A program made the translations under genes and the position numbers. The notes below the pieces were generated by a model, which was not told where the DNA came from, did no database searches, and worked only from the letters and a program-made list of their open reading frames with translations. A stretch of 63,788 bases of DNA, the filler included, from Octopus bimaculoides (Eukaryota): NCBI RefSeq assembly GCF_001194135.2. It is 4 parts of 4 records of this genome, joined end to end, with 100 filler letters (N's around TTAATTAATTAA, not from the genome) between each part and the next. Parts side by side here need not be neighbours in the genome. Positions count along the whole stretch, not along the records: positions 28,656 to 60,514 come from NC_068992.1; 3 more parts are not named here. One strand, written 5' to 3'. This document shows, one piece after another, positions 37,903 through 50,101 of the stretch (position 1 is the first letter of the stretch; each line of letters opens with the position of its first letter).

Positions 37903-40379
37903 CTGTCAACAGGCATTAATATTGTTATGGATGGTTGATTTAAAAGATATGATTTTTATATCCGAATTTGTTATTTAAGTACTCCTATGAGAAGTGTTGC
38001 AATAAATAGTGCCTAAAATTTTAATTAATTTTAATAAGCTTGCATCCAGGTTAAATTTATTCAAGTTCTCTGTTATACTATGTGATTTGGAAATAAATTA
38101 AATATAAAATCTTTAATACAAAATCTATAAGATTATAATTTATTAATCAGGCAACAAGGCTACATATTTTGGGTACTTGTTTGTGTAGTTGATTAAATAA
38201 TATTCAATAGTTGGTTGGTACATTATACTGACCCTCTGGGGAGAAAGGCAAAGGCTAATATTGAATATATTTACTTTATTGACTTTACATCAACGACCAT
38301 CAAGATAGAATCTTTTATCGTAACAAAAATAGCAATGTCATATTAAAATCTTGTTTAAAAAACGAGTGACAGATTATTGTGTATCAGCTATGGTAGAGCA
38401 AATCAGAATTAGGTATATTCTACCACAGGAAGGTAATAATATTAATTATTCTTGTTATAATTTGCTTATTCATTTCGACCAAACATATATGTAGCCATGT
38501 AATACTTATTTATTAACTCTCATATGTTCAACTGTTCCTGTAATTGAGAAGAACAACATTTAAGCTATTGCGATTTATGAAGCAAGGCTAATATTACGTT
38601 TGTCTTTATAACTCTATTTTAGTATAGTACATCCCGCATTCACACATGAAGCTATAAACAATAACATGCAAAACGAGAGGTGAACACCTTTTAGACAGAA
38701 ACGTCAGGTTATTTCAACCCAATATCTACATGATGTCGTTTATAGTTTTATGTGTGTAACTTAAGGTATATTATTTCAAAAGCAAAACAAAGGAAAAAGA
38801 AGAAAATGAATTACTTGACGTTCTCTCAAAGTTTATGAAATTTTTGTGACTTGTGTTGCTATTTAATATGGAAATATACCTTACGTTAATATATCTGTTA
38901 TAATTTATTGAGGATACATAACAGAACCTCTGAACTTACATGAATTTAACAAAACCATAAAGCACGCAACAGATAGAACATTAAATGTATATTGGGGGCC
39001 AATATGAAGAAAGATCTCCCGTTTCAGAATCTTATTTTAAAGCAAATATCAATGAAAGATAAAATGCATTTCAAAAACTTTCTGTCTCTCTCTCTCTCTC
39101 TCTNNNNNNNNNNNNNNNNNNNNNNNNNNNNNNNNNNNNNNNNNNNNNNNNNNNNNNNNNNNNNNNNNNNNNNNNNNNNNNNNNNNNNNNNNNNNNNNNN
39201 NNNNNNNNNNNNNNNNNNNNNNNNNNNNNNNNNNNNNNNNNNNNNNNNNNNNNNNNNNNNNNNNNNNNNNNNNNNNNNNNNNNNNNNNNNNNNNNNNNNN
39301 NNNNNNNNNNNNNNNNNNNNNNNNNNNNNNNNNNNNNNNNNNNNNNNNNNNNNNNNNNNNNNNNNNNNNNNNNNNNNNNNNNNNNNNNNNNNNNNNNNNN
39401 NNNNNNNNNNNNNNNNNNNNNNNNNNNNNNNNNNNNNNNNNNNNNNNNNNNNNNNNNNNNNNNNNNNNNNNNNNNNNNNNNNNNNNNNNNNNNNNNNNNN
39501 NNNNNNNNNNNNNNNNNNNNNNNNNNNNNNNNNNNNNNNNNNNNNNNNNNNNNNNNNNNNNNNNNNNNNNNNNNNNNNNNNNNNNNNNNNNNNNNNNNNN
39601 NNNNNNNNNNNNNNNNNNNNNNNNNNNNNNNNNNNNNNNNNNNNNNNNNNNNNNNNNNNNNNNNNNNNNNNNNNNNNNNNNNNNNNNNNNNNNNNNNNNN
39701 NNNNNNNNNNNNNNNNNNNNNNNNNNNNNNNNNNNNNNNNNNNNNNNNNNNNNNNNNNNNNNNNNNNNNNNNNNNNNNNNNNNNNNNNNNNNNNNNNNNN
39801 NNNNNNNNNNNNNNNNNNNNNNNNNNNNNNNNNNNNNNNNNNNNNNNNNNNNNNNNNNNNNNNNNNNNNNNNNNNNNNNNNNNNNNNNNATATATATATA
39901 TATATATAAATGTCGAATGATAAAGATGAATGCTCAACACAAAATAGGTGGCTATAATATCTTGATTTGTAAATTAAGGCTACCATTGGATTTGTGTCAG
40001 AGAGTAAGAAATATTTCTTAGTGTCTTAACAAATTTTCAAGACGATCATATGGAGAAAGGTGTTCGTCCATTTTGGCGACCACAACCTTATTTAGTTCGC
40101 GGAGATTCTCTTAAATTCTCGTGAATAAAACAATGAATCAAAGACATTAGACCCAGTTGGCATCTTCTGAGTATTAGTCTCTTTCGGTTCTTTTGGGGAA
40201 ATTGTTGTGTGGTCAAATTGTTTGCATGAATTCGTTTCTCTTCTGGGCGTGATGTTCTTATATTCGTGTACTGAGGCGGTTCGACATTGGGGCATATTTC
40301 TTCTGTGAATGGAGTTTGTGTACTATATATATGGTCAGATTTCACGTTCGGGGAAGGGGTTCTCCTTGAGAGGTTACCG

Positions 40380-41060
40380 TCGCAGATGGTGGCTCTTCTA
40401 TGAAGTATTTGATTGTAAGATATTGCTTGTGTATGCAGGGAGAGAACGTTTTATCCTTAATGCTTATGATGTTGTCAGTTGATTGTATGTTTAGTTTTTC
40501 AATAATACAGAGTTCACATTTGGTATCCCGTCCTCTGTACTGTTTGGCATTAGCAATAATTTCCCATTCTATCTAGGTGTTGCTTATTCTACCTTCTTTC
40601 GATGACTATATCATATTTGACAGAGGTATTGCATGGTTTTTAAATTTTTGTCTCTGATTGACGCCAGCTGTTGAGTATACATTTCCTTGAATGAGTAGCA
40701 CGTCATTCCGATATACGTCTTCGCTACTCTGTTGGGTTCCATGATCTTCGCCTTGCATACGAGTTCAATCTCGAGACAATTGTTTTTTTAGAGAGCAGCG
40801 GTTTGGGGATTTATATATACATTGTCTTTTGGAGATGTCTCTGACGTATTTATATTTATTGTGATTGAGTATTATTGACCTTACATTGGGGAGGCAAATA
40901 TAGCTAACTTCAACAATGTTTCTGTTGAAAATCTTATGACATTTGTGTGAATGTGGACACAGAATGTCTATTAGTTTTTAGAATGTCCTAGCTGTCTTAG
41001 TAGCAATATTCATACCCTAATGTGTATTAAACCATAAGATTTGCTTCCGTCTGCGTCTTC
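40380..41060 (-). mobile_element. Penelope-like element 3' region (GIY-YIG endonuclease), degenerate
   Basis: Minus strand NCLEIELVCKAKIMEPNRVAKTYIGMTCYSFKE (YIG motif), then WEIIANAKQYRGRDTKCELCIIEKLNIQ...PCIHKQYL. Confidence 0.8.
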
Positions 41061-41859
41061 TTGGTCTATTTATGTATGGTTTAATGTATTATATGCTATT
41101 CTTAAAGTTGGACCTTTGTAATGCAGCATTATAGTATGGAATGGCTTTTTCAAAAGTGTACACATACGCGCGCGCGTATGTCTATTTACCTCGGCATATG
41201 AGAGAGTGTATATGTGTACATAGGACAGCAAGTATGGGTACGGCAGAAACTATATATGAGTACTAACATAATAATATTTCACTGTATTGTAAGTTTTATT
41301 TTCCTTTATTATCATATTTTACTGAATTAGTTCCTCTCTTTGTCTATGAAATCGAAAGGGAATCCGTCCCTCACCATTCTTGCGCAACAGCTTAAACATA
41401 CTGACACTAACGGTATGCGGTATTAAAAACCGAGTGAAACACTGTATATTTAACAAGGCAGCCCTCTTATGAAACTAAATGTAATTGTTATTCCAAATTA
41501 ATTGCTCTTCACGTTTGAGGATCCGACGAAGGTACAAGGTGTAATTCGGGCACTCATCTATGAATCCACTGCATAATATAGTAGAAACACATGTAAGCTT
41601 ACGACGTTCATTCCTCTGTCATTTCTGTTTTCTCATTACCGCTCTGAACCTGACTAATGCTTGCTTCAGAAACACACGTATATTGAGTTCTGCCCTAATA
41701 TATTTATATCACTTAAGCGAAATATATATCTAAGTCTCTCTCACAGTGTGTGTATATATNNNNNNNNNNNNNNNNNNNNNNNNNNNNNNNNNNNNNNNNN
41801 NNNNNNNNNNNNNNNNNNNNNNNNNNNNNNNNNNNNNNNNNNNNNNNNNNNNNNNNNNN

Positions 41860-44029
41860 CTTGCATACATACTTTATTGACTTGACAGAGCTGCAGAACT
41901 CTACGTTGACATGAGCGTTGAAGGCTTTTGACAACAGCAGGCAATATGGTACTATCCAGCGGTTATCGATTTCATACGAACCAACACGTGCCGAAAACCC
42001 GCCGACTTCGGGTCTCCTGCGTTTGTACAGCGGGTAACCGTCCGTGCTAGTCTGGGTGTAACGGAGGAATTGTTTTGGAATTTTTTTGGTACATACAGAG
42101 TCTCGTAAGCAAGGTGATCGAGGGTTGAACCCATGCCCACAAGGGTCATGAACCATGTTTATGCGAACTATTTCGAAGAGGTCTTTGTCAGCAGTGGGAT
42201 CAGGAAATTCTGCAGAGATTATCTTGTCTATGTCGTTTGTGCTTATTTTTGTGGACAACTAAATAAGAATGTGGGCATGTGGCAAACCCCTTTTCTGCCA
42301 CTCAACTGTGAACATGTGACACTGAACACATCCAAATACCTGGCCGAATTTGATGAAATCCATGAGTTTATGTAACTTCAATTGGAAAACCCTGGCAATA
42401 AGGTCATGTCTGTCGTTGGGCTTTTGACCATCGAAAAGTTCTGCCTGTATCTCTTGCCACTTGGGATTGCAGGTGAAAGTTATGAAGAGATCGGGCCGAC
42501 CAAAATGACGTACATATGTCATAGCATCTTGCATTCTCTCCTGCATATAACGTGGACCACCGGTAAACGTTGAGGGTAAAATGCCCTACATCCCCAGGAG
42601 CGACGTCATTGTTGAGGCTATCGCGGAGATGGATATACTGCCTTTCAGATTCCATTTTTGCATACATGTCCACAACAAACTGATGGAAAAGCTCGCGGGA
42701 ACAGTGCAGATGATTCATGGAATTGACTCGAATCATCAGGCGATAGGCGTAGAAAGCCATGCATGAAACCTGCTTGTTGCTGCAGACGTCTGTCCTGAGA
42801 GGATGACATTGCAAAATGCCAATATGGCACCCGTTTTCACCATGAGGAAATAGTAGTGGGTACTGGAGCGCATCGTATGCCCTGTGAGTTTCTGGAATTC
42901 GCCTTATGGTATCATCACGACACGACAGAACGATGTCCCTAGGGTTAGACTGTTCACCCTGAAGAATGACAGCGATTTCATTACATGCAGGTTGGTTGTA
43001 GCGTCCAATGTGTTCTCCAGATGGGCGTTTATCAGCTTCAGTGACCACTTTAAAATTGGGGCTTGAGGTCATCTCCACGGCATACTTGAAACTACGCACG
43101 TAGCTGTTTGCAGCATGAAGCATCTCTTGCAATTTTAATGTCAGCTTGAAGTCAGTACCTGGTGATATTGTGGTTCGTTTTGCGGCTTGGTCTTGATAGT
43201 TGCAAATGAAGTACAGCTGCAGAAACTTTGGCTCTTGGCCTGCGGCTGGCTGAAGAGATCCAATTCTATGGTAAACTTGGCCCTGTACTTTAAAAGTGGG
43301 CATGAACCCTTCTTGTCTGATGACGTTCCCTCCAAATGAGGTCATTTGGAAGGCACAGTTGTACTTCCTTATGTCACGAAGAAAATGCCTTGATTGAGTG
43401 TTTGTTCCGGTAAGAAGCAGCTGTAATGGATGAGGGGGGTCCAACAAAGAGGGTAGTCTTACCTTTCCACCTGAGCAGCACAATCCAGCTGTTTCACCGG
43501 GCCACTTCCTCGCAGAACAAATTGGACAAACAACTTCCATATAGGAACTCGATAGGTCTGGATGGGAAGCATAGTGGATGTCGGGCTTATATTCGAACGC
43601 TTTTAATGACCATTGGGAACTGCATGGCCTAGAAACACCTCGGCGACAATTTCTACGAATTGAGACATTGGCCAGCCGACGAAGCCTGACTTCGGAGCTC
43701 TCATTAATTCTGGAGGAAGCAGTAGAGGCAGCATTTTTGTTGAGGCGAATGGCATGTTGATCAGCATTTTCAGCCGCTCTGCGGGCCGAAGTGCAAGCAG
43801 CATTATTCATACGACGCAAATTACGCTGTTGCTCAGACTGTGCAGCTCGTCTTGCAGCTTCTAAAGCAGCACGTCTTGATCTCCGCATAGCAGGGTAATC
43901 CCTTTTCGCAGGAGCTAGTACGGCAATTTCTGATGAATCAATTGCTGGCGATCTGTTGCTACACAGTTCTGCCAGAATTCTATCAGACTGGGCTGTAGAT
44001 GTTGATGCACCATTTTGCATTATGTTCAA
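41860..44029 (-). pseudogene. Helitron RepHel N-terminal and HUH Rep domains, disrupted
   Basis: 44029-42404: R/A/E-rich repeats, CPIC...CCSGG Zn finger, IRKYNCAFQMTS, QGQVYHRIGSL, YDALQYPLLFP. A frameshift near 42580 leads to LPSTFTGGPRYM..GRPDLFITFTCNP..EWQKRGLPHAHIL (HUH). There is an in-frame TAG at 42261-42259 where Trp is typical, then NMVHDPCG..YPLYKRR..SIKYVCK up to the gap. Confidence 0.92.
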
Positions 44030-44172
44030 ATTAGCTTCTGGAATGTGGTGAATTGCTATAGTCTTTTGCTGTTTTTTTTAAAACCGGTTCCTTTATTTCC
44101 CCAGCAAACTTTTTTCTTTGGAGGCATAATCTATGTATATATTAAACAGATGTGTGTATGTATTTATGTGTG

Positions 44173-44224
44173 TGTTGTTGTCACTATGTGTATGTTGTTG
44201 TCACTATGTGTATGTTGTTGTCAC
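44173..44224. repeat. 20-bp tandem repeat x2.6 in the Helitron 5' non-coding region
   Basis: Unit TGTTGTTGTCACTATGTGTA. Confidence 0.9.
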
Positions 44225-47200
44225 AGATAAAGTATGTGTGGTTGTTTGTGTTTTTACGTTTCTATCTATGTATTTAAAAACTACTAAGATGATACAAGGA
44301 CGCTGAACATGCAGACAGACAATGTAACGAAAACATGAATGAGTGAGCCCCAGATTCCTTGGAAGAAAGAACCGAATGTAAAAACAAAGCACGTATAACA
44401 ACAGAAAACATATACATACAAACAATAGGTGTATTTCGACTCCTCACGAAGTAAGTGATGCTGGCGTGTGTAGGAAATTTGAAAGTGAAGCGAGGAAAAA
44501 GCGATGTGATGTGCACGGACAATGGTCGAAGCAGAGAAATGGTGATAACCCACAGATGACCACTTCAAGTGTATAGTTAGAGGTAGAGGGAAAAAAGAAA
44601 GCTATTAAATGAGAGAGAGGAAGAAGTAAGAGTTTAAAGGTAAACCAAGTTAATCTATGACTATCTATGTATCACTTTCTCTCTCTCTCTCCCTCTCCCT
44701 CTTTTACTCTTCTATAAGAACGCCGGTACAAGGAGAAGGGATGAAATATAAAAGTTGCAAGAAACGACAGCCAAATCTCCCTTAAATCACACAAAGTAAA
44801 CGGAATTTAAAAAATCTAATTACTGCACTGGAAAGTTCAGATCGAGTAAATTCCATTGATGTAAAAACCTTTACGAAAAAGTGGAAAATGTGGATTTCTA
44901 TAAACTTTCAAAAAGGCTTCACACAAACACACAATTTCAGCTTTATATATTAAGATATACACACACATACACATATATTATTGTAAAATCGAGTGTATCT
45001 TCGCATGTTTTTCTCTTTCTAATCACGTATTTCTCATTTAAAATATAGTCAGTTATTCTTACATGCTACGAATTTGTATAAGTTGTGTGTTAGGCATAAG
45101 TATCTGAATTTAGATTGAACAGCATATATTGAAATTTAGGCCCTTGTGAGCTAATAGTCTACATAAAACATATCGTATAGCTTTCAAGCATTAACATTGA
45201 CACTGTAAATACTAACATATTAAATTATTAAGCTCTGAATATCTCCGTTGCAAATGGAATGTACTGCGAAGTAATATTGTCATTAACGTTCTGCTGAATC
45301 TTTTAACAAAGGCAGCAGACAAAAGAGGCATTAATCCGTAGGCAACCAGTATGCAGCACAGCCTAAATAGTCGATATGCGAATTTACAATATACGCACAC
45401 AGAGCACATCAATCATCTGATACCTTACTACAATTCAAAGAATCCAAGTGACACCACTTAACCATAACCCAAACAACACATTAATGATCTCGTATATAAT
45501 AAAACATGGTAAACTACAATACTTTGCTAATTTACTTAGTCGTGAACGCCCTCACTTCTCCGCATAGTTCGATAACTACTAAGCAATGTAGCTGTACATA
45601 TGAGGTCGGTCAACCACCTAGAAATAGAAACTATGTCTTTTCAACTCACATTTTATTGCCTTGAAAAAGAAGAGCATATCAAAATTGTATTGCCCTTTGC
45701 AAAAGAAAAGATGGTTCAGGCGTAAATCGGAGCTAAAGAAAAACATCTGCTCCTTCAATCACTTTCTATTCTGAAAATATGGATTTTTTTTTATCATTTA
45801 GAATAGATTGCCACAGGTTTGAAGACGTATAATTATAGTTCAAACATGCAATTTGTTTAACTTTCAGAATGTTGTCTTTACTGCAGAATTTTGCAAACAA
45901 AATCATTTATAAAGCTTAAATATGAACCATAATCTACATTGAAATAGAAAAAGTGACTTGACAGCAAACTAGAAATATGAGAATTCGATGTGTGAAATGA
46001 CAGTATTGCAAGATGAAGGATGATAATGAAATAAGAATTGTTGCCCATCTCCACAAGGATATTATCAAAGCTAGGTATCAGCTAACTGAAACATATTCAT
46101 GCTTACATCATTTTTATTCATATTGGATAATGCACACTAACTGTACTCTTATATTCACAAAACTCTCTAATACTTCTGCAATATAACATTCAAATAACTC
46201 CTCTAGAAATATTGTGTTCCCCCACACTCACAATTAAAACAAATTTAACTGAAACCGTGGAACGAGAAAATGGTACGAAAGCCAGGCATAAGATACCCCG
46301 TTTCCTATATACTTTCAAAGTAGTCTTTGCATGTTTGTTGACTTAACTTCAATTTTGCAGCCTACTTTCTGTGCTTGTTGCTTTAGATTTCGGTTTGGAA
46401 ATTTTGAACTGAACCCTTTATTATACGTACGAGATTCTATTGTACCCATTCTGTTGTCCATACTAGAAACATTTCCCTGTCACTTTTACTTCTTGATGTG
46501 ATGGCATGCTCCCTCTGCATGAATCAGAGTATATATTCATTGTATGGCAAATAATTTGAAGCCATGAGAAGCTTCTGCGATGAACAGTTAACAAGGATTT
46601 TCATCACCATTATCTCATTGTCCTATCATATAATTAGATGAAGAAAATTATGAGCTTTAAACAGGAGATTTTTGCAAATGGACTTCGTTCAACAACATGG
46701 TTTTGATTGAATTGGAACAGGTGCATTGGAGCAAGGTAGAAGAATATTTAATGCTATGGACAACAGAGTCAGAACCGCCTATCTCACCTCGCAGGATAAA
46801 AATAAAGGGTTAACTTGAAAATTCTGAGGAGGTTATCTGATTTGAGAGGCACCTAGAGAAATTCGGAAGGCTTAAGACCGAGAGTTTGGGATTATAAGGA
46901 CCAATATAAGGACATGATTTTGAATATAACTGTATACAGCACTTGTTTATACTTATTGTTTATACTTATCATGTCTAGCGCTTAAAGTTACTATTAGATT
47001 TCATATCTAAAGACAGGAAATATACTTACAAGTAAACGAATATATATTTCGAATATGAAAGATCTATAATGCGATATATATGTACGTTTATGTATGTGTA
47101 TGTGGTTAGATTTTTTAAAAAAGACAGAACAATGTATGCAGTGCATGCAGTAGATTATATACTTTTATCCAAACTGGAGATATTCATCTGTCGTTAGACA

Positions 47201-48049
47201 AACTTCAGAGAACAAAGAAAGTCTCAGCTTTGAAAAACTAATCATGCTAGTATTTAAAAGAGACTGTCAGTATTATTTATGACATAGGCCTTGGTATCAA
47301 TAAATTGCAACTGTCCTGTACATTTTAACTGAAGAACTCCTAAAGATGATGTGATGATAGTGAATGTTCATTTTTATCTATGTCCTCTTGCATGCAAATG
47401 TTACAGCGTGATTTCATCGTCAATACGTAAACATACATACATACATACACACATATATACATATATATCAATATATATACGCGCACGCGTGTGTGTGCTT
47501 ATTGTGTGTGAGAGTGATTGTGTATAGGAAGATCAAAGTTTGTCGTATAATAGTTTCAGTAGTAGTTTCATGCTTGAATGGCGAATGTTTTAAGATTTTG
47601 CACCACTGTGCTTTATCAGTAAAAAAGGAAGACAGCATAGGTGACAAAAGAGAAAGCGAGAGAGAGAGAGAGTATGTGAGAGAGAGTGAGTATGTGAGAG
47701 AGAGAGAGAGAGTATGTGAGAGAGAGAGAGAGAGAAATAATTAGCATATATGAAATGGGAAGAGAGAACACAAGAGTTAAATGGAAGTGGAACCCAGATG
47801 GATGGACTGCTGTGCAGAAAGAAGATAACAGGCAAGTTTATAGATAATGTACAGCAGTGTTAGTTAAAGTGGTGGTCCGTGATCCACCAGCTGCCGCTAC
47901 ACAATGAGTTTCCAGAAAAGAAACATTATAAAATGCTTATACAATATTGTATTATTTGTTTACAAAATATATATAAGATTTAAAAAATCGACAACTTTTA
48001 TCATATTCATTATATATATACATTCCTGTATAAGTTAATGTTACTAAGA

Positions 48050-48426
48050 AATATTACCGGTCCCTGGCACATTAAGAAATAAAAAAGAAATGCCGGTACG
48101 CCACGTCAGATAGTTTGAGAAGCACTGATGTACAGGAATGTGTCATACAATACTTATAACACCGATGGTCACGCTCTCTACTGTCCAGACTTGCACCCTG
48201 TGACTTTTCCCAAACTGAAGAAGATGAAGGAGGGTGTGGCAAAGGTCCTGGACACATTCACTTTGGAGGACATCCATGAGGCCTTCCATGAGAAGTGACT
48301 GGAATGCTACAACAGATTCACTGATGTCAGAGATTCCTGATTTGAAGGAGATTAGAGCATGTACTGTTTTGAAATCAATAAGCGTATTTTCTGAAACGTC
48401 TCAAATATTCTGGAATGCACTTTGTA
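48050..48426 (+). mobile_element. Mariner (DD34D-type) transposase 3' remnant with probable right TIR
   Basis: HALYCPDLAPCDF (HPPYSPDLAPCDF motif), FPKLK, MKEGVAKVLDTFTL..., FEGD*. Ends in a TIR-like sequence ...ctggaatgcactttgTA. Confidence 0.85.
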
Positions 48427-48431
48427 CAGAG

Positions 48432-48483
<52 letters not shown>

Positions 48484-49382
48484 GTACGCGCGTGTGTGTG
48501 TGTGTGCACGCGTGTGTGTGCCTGTGTGTGTGTACGTGTGTGTAGGGATGTAGATAAGTCTGAACCCGCTTACTTAGGTTTATAGTTGGCAGAATATCAC
48601 ATATATAGACACATACAAACGTACACACATAGATAACTAGTTAGATAGACAGACTAAACAGATAGATATATATGTGTATATATACACACACACACACACA
48701 CGCACACACACACACACACACANNNNNNNNNNNNNNNNNNNNNNNNNNNNNNNNNNNNNNNNNNNNNNNNNNNNNNNNNNNNNNNNNNNNNNNNNNNNNN
48801 NNNNNNNNNNNNNNNNNNNNNNNNNNNNNNNNNNNNNNNNNNNNNNNNNNNNNNNNNNNNNNNNNNNNNNNNNNNNNNNNNNNNNNNNNNNNNNNNNNNN
48901 NNNNNNNNNNNNNNNNNNNNNNNNNNNNNNNNNNNNNNNNNNNNNNNNNNNNNNNNNNNNNNNNNNNNNNNNNNNNNNNNNNNNNNNNNNNNNNNNNNNN
49001 NNNNNNNNNNNNNNNNNNNNNNNNNNNNNNNNNNNNNNNNNNNNNNNNNNNNNNNNNNNNNNNNNNNNNNNNNNNNNNNNNNNNNNNNNNNNNNNNNNNN
49101 NNNNNNNNNNNNNNNNNNNNNNNNNNNNNNNNNNNNNNNNNNNNNNNNNNNNNNNNNNNNNNNNNNNNNNNNNNNNNNNNNNNNNNNNNNNNNNNNNNNN
49201 NNNNNNNNNNNNNNNNNNNNNNNNNNNNNNNNNNNNNNNNNNNNNNNNNNNNNNNNNNNNNNNNNNNNNNNNNNNNNNNNNNNNNNNNNNNNNNNNNNNN
49301 NNNNNNNNNNNNNNNNNNNNNNNNNNNNNNNNNNNNNNNNNNNNNNNNNNNNNNNNNNNNNNNNNNNNNNNNNNNNNNNNNN

Positions 49383-49423
<41 letters not shown>

Positions 49424-49515
49424 GTTGAGGCACCAGAATTTAGTATGGTATTATACATATAATTTCAAAATAAAGTTATTAAAATCAAAATAAGCAACAG
49501 GCATATCTAGAGGTA

Positions 49516-49603
49516 ATGAAGTACAATCGTTTCAAGCAACTCCATTTAATTGAACAATGCAATCATTACATCAATTTAAACGTAGAGCAATCCTCAGCTA
49601 CAT
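49516..49603 (-). ncRNA. Type I hammerhead-like motif (left arm)
   Basis: Minus strand atgtag-CTGAGGA-...-GAAA-CGATTG-TA|cttcat. Stem I pairs at 5 of 6 positions. Confidence 0.5.
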
Positions 49604-49787
49604 AGAGATATAGAATTGAAGTTAAGGAGACAGACAAAGAACATGCTGTCTTCACTTCAGCTTAGAAGCTTCTAATCTGAAGTGAAGACAGCATGTTCTT
49701 TGTCTATCTCCTTACCTTCATAGAGATTTTAGGTAAATCTATACTAATGTGTCCATCTGTTTTAATTTAATTGAACTCTATGTCTTT

Positions 49788-49875
49788 ATGTTGCTGAGGA
49801 TTGCTCTGCATTTAAATTGATGTAATGATTGCATTGTTCAATTAAATGAAGTTGCCTGAAACGATCGTACTGCAT
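49788..49875 (+). ncRNA. Type I hammerhead-like motif (right arm)
   Basis: atgttg-CTGAGGA(49794-49800)-long imperfect stem II-GAAA(49858-49861)-CGATCG-TA|ctgcat. The predicted cleavage site is after 49869. The canonical R10.1-Y11.1 pair is absent. Confidence 0.55.
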
Positions 49876-50052
49876 TACCTCTGGTGCCTCAAACTTAAGC
49901 ACCATATTCATCTGAATATTCTCTACATGTTAACTATCTGAAAATTCACTACTGGAAGCTGCAGAACGCAATGATAATGTGTGTTCCCTCTTCTCTCTGT
50001 CTGTCTGTCTGTCTGTCTCTGTCTCTGTCTCTCTCTCTCACTCGATATGTAC

Positions 50053-50101
<49 letters not shown>

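Larger units (their letters stand above)
41860..44955 (-). mobile_element. Helitron, 5' part (helicase region lost or hidden in the gap at 41760-41859)
   Basis: Putative 5' end A|TCTTAATATATAAAG at 44955 and a RepHel-like coding region (see next feature). Confidence 0.9.
49425..49892. mobile_element. Spacer-less palindromic (fold-back) element with an outward-facing hammerhead-like motif in each arm
   Basis: Central 104-bp palindrome 49617-49720 (centre AAG|CTT, 3 mismatches in 52 pairs). Outer arms ~49508-49616 and ~49770-49884. Terminal 13-bp match TTGAGGCACCAGA (49425-49437 / 49880-49892). Confidence 0.9.

Noticed and set aside
40340-40410. SECIS-like or HHR-like structure after the PLE endonuclease
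   Set aside because: Core nucleotides are incomplete (CTGCGA; GAAC) and helices are weak, so neither can be supported.
8339-49493. Long ORFs containing X runs (e.g. 30898-31725, 35048-36061, 38992-39986, 48654-49493)
   Set aside because: They are open only because they cross N gaps and TA/CA arrays.
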